Source: Armatimonadota bacterium
Lineage (GTDB): Bacteria > Armatimonadota > UBA5829 > DTLH01
Length of the DNA stretch: 64,000 nt
Direction: 5' to 3'
Assembly (NCBI GenBank): GCA_039679675.1
Contig: JBDKUN010000022.1
Location: forward strand, 11,403-75,402
Below, piece by piece: positions 30,663-39,917 of this stretch (position 1 is the stretch's first letter; the number at the start of each line of letters is the position of its first letter). Below the pieces are notes generated by a model. That model ran no database searches. It was not told the DNA's origin and worked only from the letters and a program-made list of their open reading frames with translations. The position numbers and the translations under genes are program-made.

Positions 30663-30738
30663 TGTAGAATACAGGATTTGGAGGAGTTGGTGAATATTTA
30701 TATCATCTTTCCTGAATTCCCAATTCTTCTGTTCTCTG

Positions 30739-31998
30739 TCACCTATTCCCTGTTTCCTTCGACCGAATATACTCCAGCAATGACAGTGCGTTCTTATTGC
30801 GCGGGTCCATCTTGAGCACGGCATTCAGCTCGGCCTTCGCCAGACTGTAGTCATCACGCCGGACAAAGATCGAAGCAAGGTACAGATGAGGGTCCAGTTG
30901 ATCCGGTTTGAGCTTGCATGCTCTGTGGAATGAGGTCGCGGCATCCCGGTACCGCTCCCGATCCAGCATGTCCCGGCCACGGCGCATTTCATCGTTATAC
31001 CTTTCACTAGCCGATATTTTGAGCGCATCGACTGCCGAAGCGGACGAAGATACAGTCGCAAGCGATTCAAACTCGCGTTCTACTGCCACTGTATGCGATA
31101 CAAGCCAGCCGACTCCTCCGATCGCGCCCAGAACAATAACAAGCGCTGCTACCAGAACCGGGTTCGGATGCTCTCGTTTATGGAGTTCGCCGGAAGCCGG
31201 GCTATGGGCTTTGATTGCATCGACCTCGGCCACTATCGCTTCGCAGCTCTCAGGCCTTAGATCAGGGCTCTTCGCGAGCATTTTCATAACCAGCGCGGCG
31301 AGCCTTTCGGGGATAGCATGGTTCAGCTTATCCACCGGCTCAGGTTCGGACGATATATGCCTGAACAGCGTGTCTGACACGCTGCCTTCGGAAAACGGCG
31401 GTCGGCCTGTGAGCATCTCGTAGAAGACCACGCCAAGGGAGTATATATCCGACTGTGGTGTTGCCGGAAGCCCGCGCGCTTGTTCCGGTGACAGATACTC
31501 CGGCACTCCGACAACTGTTCTTCCGCCCTGCTCACCGGGTTTGCTTCCGATGAAATCCCCGACTACGACGCGCCCGTTCGGCGCCAGCATAATATTTCGT
31601 GGGTTCAGGTCACCGTGTACGACTCCCGCTCGATGCGCATAGTCCAGAGCGGCCGCGATCTGTCCGGCTATGGAAACCGCTGCATCGGCCTTAATCCGAC
31701 GCTCTTCTAAAATCGCCCTATCCAGCGTCTTGCCTTCAAGACACTCCATCACAACAAAATAAGTGCCTGAATCGCAGCCGTAGCAGTGTGTGCGGACAAT
31801 GTTCGGGTGGTCCAGCTTTACCGCGACGCGTGCTTCTTCGATAAACCATTGGGATTCGTCCGATGTGGCAGACTGAAGCAACTTGATCGCAACGATCCTG
31901 TCGTATTCTGTCTGTACAGCCTTATAAACAGACCCGAATCCACCTTTGCCGATGGCTTCTGTAAGCCTGCATCCCCCTATTTCGGAACCTATCATCAC
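30739..31998 (-). CDS. Membrane Ser/Thr protein kinase with C-terminal TPR, atypical catalytic loop
   Basis: GKGGFG, VAIK, HGDLNPRN, YLSPE, DIYSLG; TM; TPRs. Confidence 0.9.
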   Translation of the reverse strand: MMIGSEIGGCRLTEAIGKGGFGSVYKAVQTEYDRIVAIKLLQSATSDESQWFIEEARVAVKLDHPNIVRTHCYGCDSGTYFVVMECLEGKTLDRAILEERRIKADAAVSIAGQIAAALDYAHRAGVVHGDLNPRNIMLAPNGRVVVGDFIGSKPGEQGGRTVVGVPEYLSPEQARGLPATPQSDIYSLGVVFYEMLTGRPPFSEGSVSDTLFRHISSEPEPVDKLNHAIPERLAALVMKMLAKSPDLRPESCEAIVAEVDAIKAHSPASGELHKREHPNPVLVAALVIVLGAIGGVGWLVSHTVAVEREFESLATVSSSASAVDALKISASERYNDEMRRGRDMLDRERYRDAATSFHRACKLKPDQLDPHLYLASIFVRRDDYSLAKAELNAVLKMDPRNKNALSLLEYIRSKETGNR

Positions 31999-33053
31999 TT
32001 GTCGGCCTCCACTGGCTTACCGCTCAAATCCAGCATACCGCTGCCATCGGAATGATGCTCAGAAAGCGGCGCAGATTGTTCCGTCTTATGTTTTGGTAGT
32101 GGTATCGTCATCTCTCGATCCGAAGGGACTTTCTCATGGCTCATGACCCGGCCTACCAGATACGCTCCGTTCGCCAGAAGCAGAGCAATGATAAGCGCCA
32201 GGGCAAGGACAGCCCACTGGGGCGGCGTTCTATTGAACCTGGGGAGCTTGACTGGTAATTTGGACGGTTCCCCCTGGCAGCTGATAATCACTGCTGCGGA
32301 GTTGTCGTACCCGCCCGCCCTGTTTGCTGCATATATAAGCCGCGCAGCAGCCTTTTGCATATCGGTTCGGGAGCCTGCAATAACCGAGATGTCCGTTTCC
32401 GACAACATCTCGGTTATCCCATCGGTGCAGAGCACTATTCGGTCGCCGGGGCGGAGGCCCACTGCATCGATGTCGGCCTGTACTGTATCGTTCAGGCCTA
32501 TCACCCTGGTGAGCTGCCCACGCCGGTCTGATGTTTCAGCTTCTCTAGCGCTCATCCGCCCTTCACGGACACATTGGGCAACCCATGTGTGGTCTTCCGT
32601 CAACCTGATGATCCTGTCATTGCGGACAAGATATATCCGGCTGTCTCCCACGTGTGCGAAATACATCACATCGCCCGCAATGATAACTGTAGCAAGCGTC
32701 GTGCCCATCCCCGCGCGTCCCGGCCAGCGCGCTGCCTCATCATGGACTTCGGTATTGGCATGGTTGAACGCATCACGCAGGAGCGACGGCCAGTCCGGGC
32801 TTATCTGCCTCGATTGATCGCTCGTGGACACCTTAGCGAACCTGGATGCGAGCACCTGGACAGCGCGTTCACTCGCAGCTTCGCCTGCGGCGTGGCCTCC
32901 CATACCGTCAGCAACTGCGGCGATAAGCCCATATTCCTGCCCCAGCTCACCAGTATATATAAATGTCCTGTAAAAGCATCGGTCCTCATTCGATTCCCGT
33001 ACCATACCCGGATTACATGCGCCGCCTGCCCTTATGCTCTCTATGACCTGCAT
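31995..33053 (-). CDS. PP2C-family Ser/Thr phosphatase with TM anchor
   Basis: RESNED, VADGMGGH, MGTT, HVGDSR, LCTDG, GGYDN; ATG 33053 chosen to avoid overlap. Confidence 0.92.
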   Translation of the reverse strand: MQVIESIRAGGACNPGMVRESNEDRCFYRTFIYTGELGQEYGLIAAVADGMGGHAAGEAASERAVQVLASRFAKVSTSDQSRQISPDWPSLLRDAFNHANTEVHDEAARWPGRAGMGTTLATVIIAGDVMYFAHVGDSRIYLVRNDRIIRLTEDHTWVAQCVREGRMSAREAETSDRRGQLTRVIGLNDTVQADIDAVGLRPGDRIVLCTDGITEMLSETDISVIAGSRTDMQKAAARLIYAANRAGGYDNSAAVIISCQGEPSKLPVKLPRFNRTPPQWAVLALALIIALLLANGAYLVGRVMSHEKVPSDREMTIPLPKHKTEQSAPLSEHHSDGSGMLDLSGKPVEADK

Positions 33054-33063
33054 TCCGCGATCA

Positions 33064-33870
33064 TCAGCCGGATACGATCGTAACCCGGAACCGTGTGGAC
33101 CCGATCTGGATAATGTCCCCATCGGCCAACTCTCTCTCGTCTATGTCTTGTTCTTCAATCTTGGTGGGATTAGTATGACTCTCGTTTTTGATGATCAGGC
33201 TGCCTTCACTTGCGTCAATCCGCGCATGACTGCGGCTGACAGTCGAATCGTCCGTAAGCTGTACAGTCTGGTTATCATCTCTGCCTATCGTATTCGTTCC
33301 GTTGTAAACTTTGAATACTTCGCCTTTATACGGCCCGCAAAGCGCCACAAGCAGCGCTACCGGATCGTCCCTGAACACCTGGGTTATGATGGGCCGGCGC
33401 TCAAACTCCGGCTCATCGCTCTTCGGCTGATGTTTCTTTGCCGCAGGCCGCGGGACAAGTATCAGGTAGCATAGCGCAACCGCGGAGAGCACCAGCACTC
33501 CTCCTATTCCGATAAGCACCGAAAGTGCTATACCGGCCTTAACATGCTTGACCTCCAACAGATACGGCTTTGCAGCGGCGTCATCCTGTACGACTATGCC
33601 GACTACATCGATATATGAGTCCAGGTTGGGCGCTATACGCGACTTTATCCTGATGACCTGGTCACTTTGGTCCTGCAGCAGATAGGTTACCCCGCCGGAT
33701 GCCAGCGGGTCGGCTTCTACCTTAGTCACCTGGCCGGACAGCTTGACGCGGACGTCGCGGTACCTTACCGGATTGCCGATGACATCAGCAACCTGCACAA
33801 CCGGCATCGCCATGGCCGGCACGACGCTGATAGCCAGTATCAAAGCTGCAATATATCCAACAGTTCGCAT
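33064..33870 (-). CDS. Exported OB-fold-like domain, TM and cytoplasmic FHA protein
   Basis: GGAGG then ATG 33870; signal peptide; TM; FHA motifs IGR, VSRSHA, TNPT. Confidence 0.85.
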   Translation of the reverse strand: MRTVGYIAALILAISVVPAMAMPVVQVADVIGNPVRYRDVRVKLSGQVTKVEADPLASGGVTYLLQDQSDQVIRIKSRIAPNLDSYIDVVGIVVQDDAAAKPYLLEVKHVKAGIALSVLIGIGGVLVLSAVALCYLILVPRPAAKKHQPKSDEPEFERRPIITQVFRDDPVALLVALCGPYKGEVFKVYNGTNTIGRDDNQTVQLTDDSTVSRSHARIDASEGSLIIKNESHTNPTKIEEQDIDERELADGDIIQIGSTRFRVTIVSG

Positions 33871-33995
33871 AAAGCCTCCCCCTGCTATGGTTATTACACA
33901 AATAGCCTGCAAGCTAAACGAACGGGAATGCTCTCCGGCATAGAGTTAAAGAAAACGATCCCAGTGGGAATAATACTAATGAGAGGTATATATCC

Positions 33996-34358
33996 ATGAC
34001 GTTTATGAGGGAAAGCTTGATACTGCTTAGCATCGGCTTATGGGACCTGCTGTTCACCCTGCATCTCATGGCTAATCAAAAAGCCTTTGAGGGGAACCCC
34101 CTGATGGCATATTATCTGCAATTTGGAATTGGGGCATTCGTAATCGTGAAACTGGTACTTCTTGTCCTGCCGATATTCATAGCCGAATGGTCCAAGCGGT
34201 ACAAGCCGAAATTTGTGAGGCTTATGCTTCGTTGTGCAATTGTGGCGTACGTCGGATCGTATTTAGTAGGGTTTACGCTGGTAAACATCAAGCCTATAGT
34301 GACAGACCGCGATTATATACCTCCGCCGGATGTCCGAATAGCCCGGCAGGTGAAGTAG
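33996..34358 (+). CDS. DUF5658-like small membrane protein
   Basis: DLLFT..EGNPLM..FVIVK pattern. Confidence 0.75.
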   Translation: MTFMRESLILLSIGLWDLLFTLHLMANQKAFEGNPLMAYYLQFGIGAFVIVKLVLLVLPIFIAEWSKRYKPKFVRLMLRCAIVAYVGSYLVGFTLVNIKPIVTDRDYIPPPDVRIARQVK

Positions 34359-34381
34359 CAGCTAGTTATCAAGTTTTGAAA

Positions 34382-34612
34382 CGCGAAATACGCAAAGAAG
34401 CACGAAAAACGCAAAACTCGACACCTACGGTGTCGGCTTCGGCAGCAAGCAGTCCGAAGCAAAAGGGATTGGTGGAGACTTACCGACAACATCATCCCGA
34501 ATAGCTAAACATCATCCCAAGCTATCACAACTCCATCCCGGATGGCCACAACGTCATCCCGAACTTGATTCGGGATCCAGGAAAAATAGGCTCTGAATTA
34601 AGTTCAGTAACG
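34382..34612. repeat. Repeat cluster (CGCGAAA-rich unit, 46-nt nuoM-tail unit, stuttered REP)
   Basis: 34382-34415 matches 36577-36611; 34417-34462 matches 6018-6063 with 1 mismatch; REP 34552-34578. Confidence 0.85.
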
Positions 34613-34640
34613 TAGCTATTGCTCAGAATAACAAAAGAAG

Positions 34641-34838
34641 TCAGACATTCTTCATTATCATAGGTTCGAACTGAATGCCGTTGTCGCCGGGATATGGTAC
34701 AGTATGATCTTTACCCTCAAACCAGATTTCTTCAGGTATACCTTTTGGAAATGCCTTACATCTTCTTGAAAGAGCGCCTATTATATGCTCACACTTTACA
34801 CATTGATTATCAGGTATATCTCGGTCATCTAATAACAT
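34641..34838 (-). CDS. Small Cys/His protein of a phage-associated type
   Basis: AAGGA RBS; CxxCxH..CKAFPxGIP..H..PYPGDNGIxFEP. Confidence 0.7.
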   Translation of the reverse strand: MLLDDRDIPDNQCVKCEHIIGALSRRCKAFPKGIPEEIWFEGKDHTVPYPGDNGIQFEPMIMKNV

Positions 34839-34929
34839 GGCAGTTTCCTTTGATCAATGTCTGATTTCCATACTTCGGCGCGTTTTTTGCGCCGAAGTCG
34901 CCGCTATCATGTCTAGTCCACCTGTCCGA

Positions 34930-36534
34930 CTATAAATCCAGCTCAGTCTGCTCGCCTTTTCTTACGAGTTTCTTCCCACCGCCGCTTTTCAGCGAGTAAC
35001 CTCTGGGAAAATCGAACTCTTTTTCTTCCTGCAGTTCCTTTATAGTGCGTATTTGCAGCTTAGGTATCTTGCGCCCGCTTGGAGAGTCGAAAAACCCCAA
35101 TTCCTCGGCGCTGTCGTACATCCCTTTGGTCGGTGTCTCAAGGCAGATGAAAAACCCCATCGCGGCTTTGTCTCTTTCGATTACGTGAGCGAAGTCCCGT
35201 ATTACACTTGGCGTCAGGTGGCCGCCTTTCACCTGGCAGACCGCCCACTGGAGGTTGCCCTGCAAGTCCTGGAAGTAGACTTTGCCGTCTACGCCTCTGT
35301 CTCCTACTTTGTCCGGCTGGGGAACACCAGCCACAAGCCCGACTGCCCATATCTCGAACTGTTTCGGGCTTTCTTCAAAGAGTTTCCGTGCAGAGTAGGC
35401 GTCTTTCGGGTCTCCGAGCACATCATAGTCCTTCCCACGCTTTAGCTCAAAGTCCTTTGCGAGCCTGCTTATCATAAGATCGATGGCAATAAATGTAATA
35501 TCGATACCAATCCAGTGTCTTTCGAGCTTTTCGGCAGCTACAACCGCCGTCCCGCACCCGCAGAACGGGTCGAATACTATGTCACCAGGGTTGGAAGAAG
35601 CATTGATTATTCGCTCCAGAAGCGTAAGCGGCTTTTGAGTGGGGTAGCCCATACGTTCGGCTGCATGCGCGGAAATCGGTTGAATATCATCAAAAATATC
35701 CTGAAGTGCAATTCCTTTGACTTCATCCAAGAACCGTTTGTATCGAGGCATACCACTGTTTTGAGGCCAATAGATGCGACCTGCCTCATCAAGTATTTCC
35801 AGTGTTTCGATTTTATACTTCCAGTGATTACCCTTAGTTGCTGGGTCAATCCCGCGCCAAGGTTGACCGGACGATCCATTACGAGTTCCAGCAGCAGTAA
35901 GATCACTAAGGGTATATCGACGGCCGTCAGTATCTATATGGCGGTAAAATTTGCTAATATATTCTGAAGTATAGGGTGTGTGTTGGGCATTCCATATGTG
36001 TGGGATGCCTTTTGCATAAAATAGAATGACATCATGAACCGGCCCATACCTTTTTGCCGAACTGTGTGCACTTGTTCGTTTCCATATGATCTCATTTCTA
36101 AAATGTGCTGGACCAAATGTAACGTCGAGCAATATCTTAAGATAATGACTTGCAGCCGGGTCACAATGGAGATAAAAACTTCCGGTAGGTTTCAGTATCC
36201 GGTGCATTTCCATAAGGCGCGGGGCCATCATGATGAGATAAGCCATCATTTCACTCTGGCCGAGGATTCTGTAGAGAGATTCCATCAGGTCAAAGAGCTT
36301 GGCGTTGCGAGAATCATCGAAAAACTCCTCGTAATGCCGCTTGCTCCACTGCCATGTGTCCGTAAAGGCCGTAATCTGCGCTTGGTTTTCGTCTTTCTTA
36401 GCCTGCTTGAAGAGCACATTGTAGTCTCTTGCAGAGTTGAACGGAGGGTCAAGGTAGATAAAGTCCACTGACTCGTCCGCCATGTGCTCACGCATTATCC
36501 AAAGGTTATCGCCGTAGTAGAGGGTGTTCTTCAT
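34930..36534 (-). CDS. Beta-class N6/N4 DNA methyltransferase fused to an Mrr-like C-terminal domain
   Basis: YLDPPF, YPTQKP, DPFCGCGT; C-terminal QFEIWA..DRGVDG..QVKGG. Confidence 0.9.
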   Translation of the reverse strand: MKNTLYYGDNLWIMREHMADESVDFIYLDPPFNSARDYNVLFKQAKKDENQAQITAFTDTWQWSKRHYEEFFDDSRNAKLFDLMESLYRILGQSEMMAYLIMMAPRLMEMHRILKPTGSFYLHCDPAASHYLKILLDVTFGPAHFRNEIIWKRTSAHSSAKRYGPVHDVILFYAKGIPHIWNAQHTPYTSEYISKFYRHIDTDGRRYTLSDLTAAGTRNGSSGQPWRGIDPATKGNHWKYKIETLEILDEAGRIYWPQNSGMPRYKRFLDEVKGIALQDIFDDIQPISAHAAERMGYPTQKPLTLLERIINASSNPGDIVFDPFCGCGTAVVAAEKLERHWIGIDITFIAIDLMISRLAKDFELKRGKDYDVLGDPKDAYSARKLFEESPKQFEIWAVGLVAGVPQPDKVGDRGVDGKVYFQDLQGNLQWAVCQVKGGHLTPSVIRDFAHVIERDKAAMGFFICLETPTKGMYDSAEELGFFDSPSGRKIPKLQIRTIKELQEEKEFDFPRGYSLKSGGGKKLVRKGEQTELDL

Positions 36535-36576
36535 ACTGATTTCTTAGCTCTCAGCGCTAGATTTTCCTTGTCGAAT

Positions 36577-36868
36577 CGCGAAATACGCGAAGAAGCACGA
36601 AAAACGCGAAAAGGGATTGGCGGAGATATGCACAATCAGCCCCTTCTCACCTTGCGGGAGAAGGTTGGGACGAGGGGTATTCCGGCAGCAAAGCTGCCGA
36701 TGGCCGGCACGGAGACCGGCCACTACTTCCGTTAGTGTATGTCGATAGAAAAGCGGAAGCTGGCGCTTCCGCACTCTAAAGAGATTGGTGGAGACTCGTA
36801 GCATAAGAGCAGATGCCGTAACCCTCTACCTTCCGCGTTTCCCATAATTCCGCGTCTCCGCGGTTCAA
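36577..36868. repeat. Repeat cluster upstream of the methyltransferase
   Basis: CGCGAAA unit; CCTTCTC..GAGAAGG hairpin; 36699-36726 is the reverse of 12209-12236; 36750-36797 is the reverse of the 1533 and 8020 units. Confidence 0.8.
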
Positions 36869-36891
36869 AAGCTGATAGCCATACCTGGTAC

Positions 36892-36992
36892 AAAAAAAAG
36901 CCCGCCGGACTACCATCCAACGGGTGGAGGGTTTTGCCCTCCGTCGATTTTGCCACAACACTTTAGGAAGGAGAAAAAGATGTTTTTCTCTG
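36892..36992 (-). ncRNA. Candidate sigma-54-dependent sRNA
   Basis: Begins ~12 nt after a -24/-12 site; three hairpins, the last followed by U8. Confidence 0.55.
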
Positions 36993-37003
36993 GTAATAGG
37001 TTT

Positions 37004-37019
37004 TGCAAGATTCGTGCCA
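37004..37019 (-). promoter_or_regulatory. Sigma-54 (-24/-12) promoter
   Basis: TGGCACG-AATC-TTGCA matches the consensus exactly. Confidence 0.75.
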
Positions 37020-37124
37020 ATTCGCTTGTTTTCCAAAAAATTAGCCCAGCAATCTTGCAGGGTATTGTGATGGGTTGTTACACATGTTATCGGCAGTATA
37101 AAACGAGTTCATTAGCCCGTTTTA

Positions 37125-38594
37125 TTACGTAATCAGCAGTAAATATATAAAAAGAAAAATGACGCTGTTGTGGATTGCGTGCGCAACCATCGATGGAACG
37201 AGTGAGCGGCGGGTCTCAAACAGCAAATTGAAGACTGAAGCTATGGCAAATATCGGCAGGAACCCCCCAGGGAACGGGTGAATAATCGCAAAAGCCGCTG
37301 ATGCCAGGACCAGAGCTCCCGCAATGCTCATCCGCACGCGGAGAGCGTTATATAACATCCCCCTGAAGAATATCTCTTCAAAAAACGGAGCGAGCACCGA
37401 GCCGAGCAGTATAACGACAAAAATCACAGCGGTATTCCCGGACAGGAACAGCGGCACTACCTCGTTTACCGGGGTCTCGACTCCACGGAAGAATATTCTG
37501 GAGAGAATATTCCACACTAATCCGGCAACCAGAAGCAGCGGCAGCAGCGCGCAGTAACCCGCAACTCCCCAGAGGATATTCATCAGGAATTTCCGCGTGG
37601 TAAGCCCTATAACATCCAGTTTGCGGCCCTGCTGCTTTAAGAGGTGATACACCACTCCAAGCCCGATCAGGCCGGTTGCAACGATGAGCCCAAACTCCAA
37701 AATTACGATATAAAAAACCCGGGAATCAGACGGCATCTTTTCCAGAGTAGAAGACAAAGATATTCCGGCGATCAGCCCCAGCGCAATCGAAGAAAGCAAA
37801 TAAGCAATAAAACCCGTGAAAAGCACCTTAGCTATTGGCGTCCTATCTTCCGGTTCCTCTGCGGGGTGTTCGATCCACTTGCGCCCGTTCATAGCAAACA
37901 GGATTATGAAAACCACTCCGGCGAGTCCGGCAAGGATAATCGCCAAAAACAATCCGCCCGTAGCCATAAACGATACGGCTGCTCGCTCCTTGCCTGCTGA
38001 GATAACCTGGCGAGCGCGGTCAAACTGATTAACTCGGCTGAACAAATGCTCCAGCGCAAACGCCCTTGCGGGCCCAAGGTTCAGGATGTTTATCCTCTTT
38101 GCGTATTCATCGGCTTTATTCGCGGTCAATTTTCCTGCGTATACATCGCGCCACATGGCAGCTTCGCCCCGCAGCTTTCGGACATCCTCCGGCTGAAGGC
38201 CCTTCAGCGTTGCCGGAGCCACCAATTTGTCAAAATACTCGACTGCGCCTTCTCTGTGAAGCTCATAAGACATAACACCGGCGCGGCGGATAGCTGCCGG
38301 ACTGGGACCCTTTGCCGCTTTTTGGTAAAAATCAAACGCCAAAGGAAGCATCTGGCCGGATTTCTTTGTACCGGAAAACGTGACTCCTTTTTCCAGCGCA
38401 TATTGGGTGTAGAAATAGAGTTTGATCTGAAGATCGCCGTAGTACATACTGGACATGCTTTCTTCAGTCTGTTGAGTGTGTAAAGCATTTCCGCTTTCGA
38501 GCTGAGACCTTAGAAATATAAAAAGAATCAACGCAAAAGCAACTATGGCGTATCTGAGCCAGACCTTTTCCCGGTTTTCGGTGTTTAGTTCCAT
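37125..38594 (-). CDS. CPBP (CAAX protease-like) intramembrane glutamic endopeptidase
   Basis: EEIFFRG, FAIIH, HAIHN; N-terminal helical extracytoplasmic region. Confidence 0.9.
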   Translation of the reverse strand: MELNTENREKVWLRYAIVAFALILFIFLRSQLESGNALHTQQTEESMSSMYYGDLQIKLYFYTQYALEKGVTFSGTKKSGQMLPLAFDFYQKAAKGPSPAAIRRAGVMSYELHREGAVEYFDKLVAPATLKGLQPEDVRKLRGEAAMWRDVYAGKLTANKADEYAKRINILNLGPARAFALEHLFSRVNQFDRARQVISAGKERAAVSFMATGGLFLAIILAGLAGVVFIILFAMNGRKWIEHPAEEPEDRTPIAKVLFTGFIAYLLSSIALGLIAGISLSSTLEKMPSDSRVFYIVILEFGLIVATGLIGLGVVYHLLKQQGRKLDVIGLTTRKFLMNILWGVAGYCALLPLLLVAGLVWNILSRIFFRGVETPVNEVVPLFLSGNTAVIFVVILLGSVLAPFFEEIFFRGMLYNALRVRMSIAGALVLASAAFAIIHPFPGGFLPIFAIASVFNLLFETRRSLVPSMVAHAIHNSVIFLFIYLLLIT

Positions 38595-38650
38595 GTCACT
38601 CCATCAAAGTAAAAGTTCTACAATCTCTATTACACGCCATACCAAAGACT

Positions 38651-38738
38651 AACGTCATTCCAGGCTACCACAACGTCATTCCGAGCTTGACTCGGAATCC
38701 AGGAAGGGAATGGACCCTGAATCAAGTTCAGGGTGACG
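38651..38738. repeat. Inverted REP-like pair
   Basis: CGTCATTCCGAGCTTGACTCGGAATCC 38674-38700 and GGACCCTGAATCAAGTTCAGGGTGACG 38712-38738. Confidence 0.88.
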
Positions 38739-38820
38739 TCGGTTTGTTCATGGTGACATCTTTGTTGTTCAGGGCAACATCTTCTGTTCTGCGTGGCGTA
38801 TAAATGCGAGCAGTTACCCA

Positions 38821-39084
38821 TTAAAATTGCCTTATGATGCGCAGGATTATGGAGATCGCAACAATAGCCAGGATCGGCGAAAGGTCGACGTAGGCATCGC
38901 CCATCCTCTGCGGCGGCAGTATTTTTCTGAAGATGTTAAGTACCGGCCTTGTGATCCGCCGGATGAAGACGACAATCGGGTGATAACTCGGAATCGAAGG
39001 TATCCAGGACAGAATCGCATCGATAAATATCAGCCACAGTAAGATCTGCAGCGCCAGTGCCACCAACCAGATCAAAAGAGACAT
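38821..39084 (-). CDS. yggT: YggT/YlmG family membrane protein
   Basis: ILSWIP..HPIV..ITRPVL..DLSPILA; operon context. Confidence 0.9.
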   Translation of the reverse strand: MSLLIWLVALALQILLWLIFIDAILSWIPSIPSYHPIVVFIRRITRPVLNIFRKILPPQRMGDAYVDLSPILAIVAISIILRIIRQF

Positions 39085-39101
39085 CAGGTAACTCCTTCAC
39101 G

Positions 39102-39908
39102 CTACGACGAACGTGAGCGCTCCACGGAGGCTTCTACTGCATCATACACCGCAGCACGAAACGCAGCTCTCTCCAATGCGGCGATCCCTGCTATCGTGGT
39201 TCCTCCCGGACTCGCCACCGCGTCTCGCAACTGCGCAGGATGCTTACCTGAATCTATAACCATTTTCGCCGCGCCGAAAACCGTCTGAGCGGCAAGAACG
39301 GCAGCTTGCTGGCGTGTAAGCCCTGCTCGAACACCGGCATCCGCAAGCGTTTCTATAAAAACATATACATACGCAGGCCCGCTGCCGGAGAGTCCCGTCA
39401 CAGCATCCATAAGACGCTCAGGCACTTCTATTACTTTGCCGACTGCTCCGAATATACTTTCAGCCCGCTCTATGTTCGCGTCGCTTGCGTTCTTGCCTCG
39501 GCTTATGGCGACAGCTCCGGCCATTACGGCACAAGGGGTATTCGGCATTGCCCTAACGACCGGTACGCCGGACCTCAGCTTCGACTCGACCTGCGCTGTT
39601 TCGACTCCGGCAGCTATGGAGATTACCAGTTGTTCGGGTGTAACATAGCTGGAAATCTCATCGAGGACTTTCGGCATTACGCCGGGTTTCACGGCGAGTA
39701 TAATTATGCCGCACTTCGATGCTGCTTCGACGCTTCCGGCGGACTCGACCCCTGTCGCTCCCGCAAACACTCTGAGCCGTTCTTTGTCTATGTCCGCGGC
39801 GACAATATCCTGCGGGGCATATACATGAGCTGTGATCAGGCCACGGGCGAGCGCCTGTCCCATCGCGCCCGCCCCGATTATGGCAAGCCTTCGCGTTATT
39901 TCGGGCAT
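39102..39908 (-). CDS. proC: Pyrroline-5-carboxylate reductase
   Basis: IGAGAMG, AVKP, RAMPNTP, GSGPAY, SPGGTT. Confidence 0.97.
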   Translation of the reverse strand: MPEITRRLAIIGAGAMGQALARGLITAHVYAPQDIVAADIDKERLRVFAGATGVESAGSVEAASKCGIIILAVKPGVMPKVLDEISSYVTPEQLVISIAAGVETAQVESKLRSGVPVVRAMPNTPCAVMAGAVAISRGKNASDANIERAESIFGAVGKVIEVPERLMDAVTGLSGSGPAYVYVFIETLADAGVRAGLTRQQAAVLAAQTVFGAAKMVIDSGKHPAQLRDAVASPGGTTIAGIAALERAAFRAAVYDAVEASVERSRSS

Positions 39909-39917
39909 TGTCTTGTC

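Noticed and set aside
30720..30760. CCTGTTC-like heptamer runs (also ~6370-6405 and ~23546-23587)
   Set aside because: Real low-complexity repeats, but too degenerate to delimit or interpret separately
34488..34578. Possible mini CRISPR array
   Set aside because: Repeats ~11 nt and spacers ~10 nt, degenerate, no cas genes; explained as REP stutter
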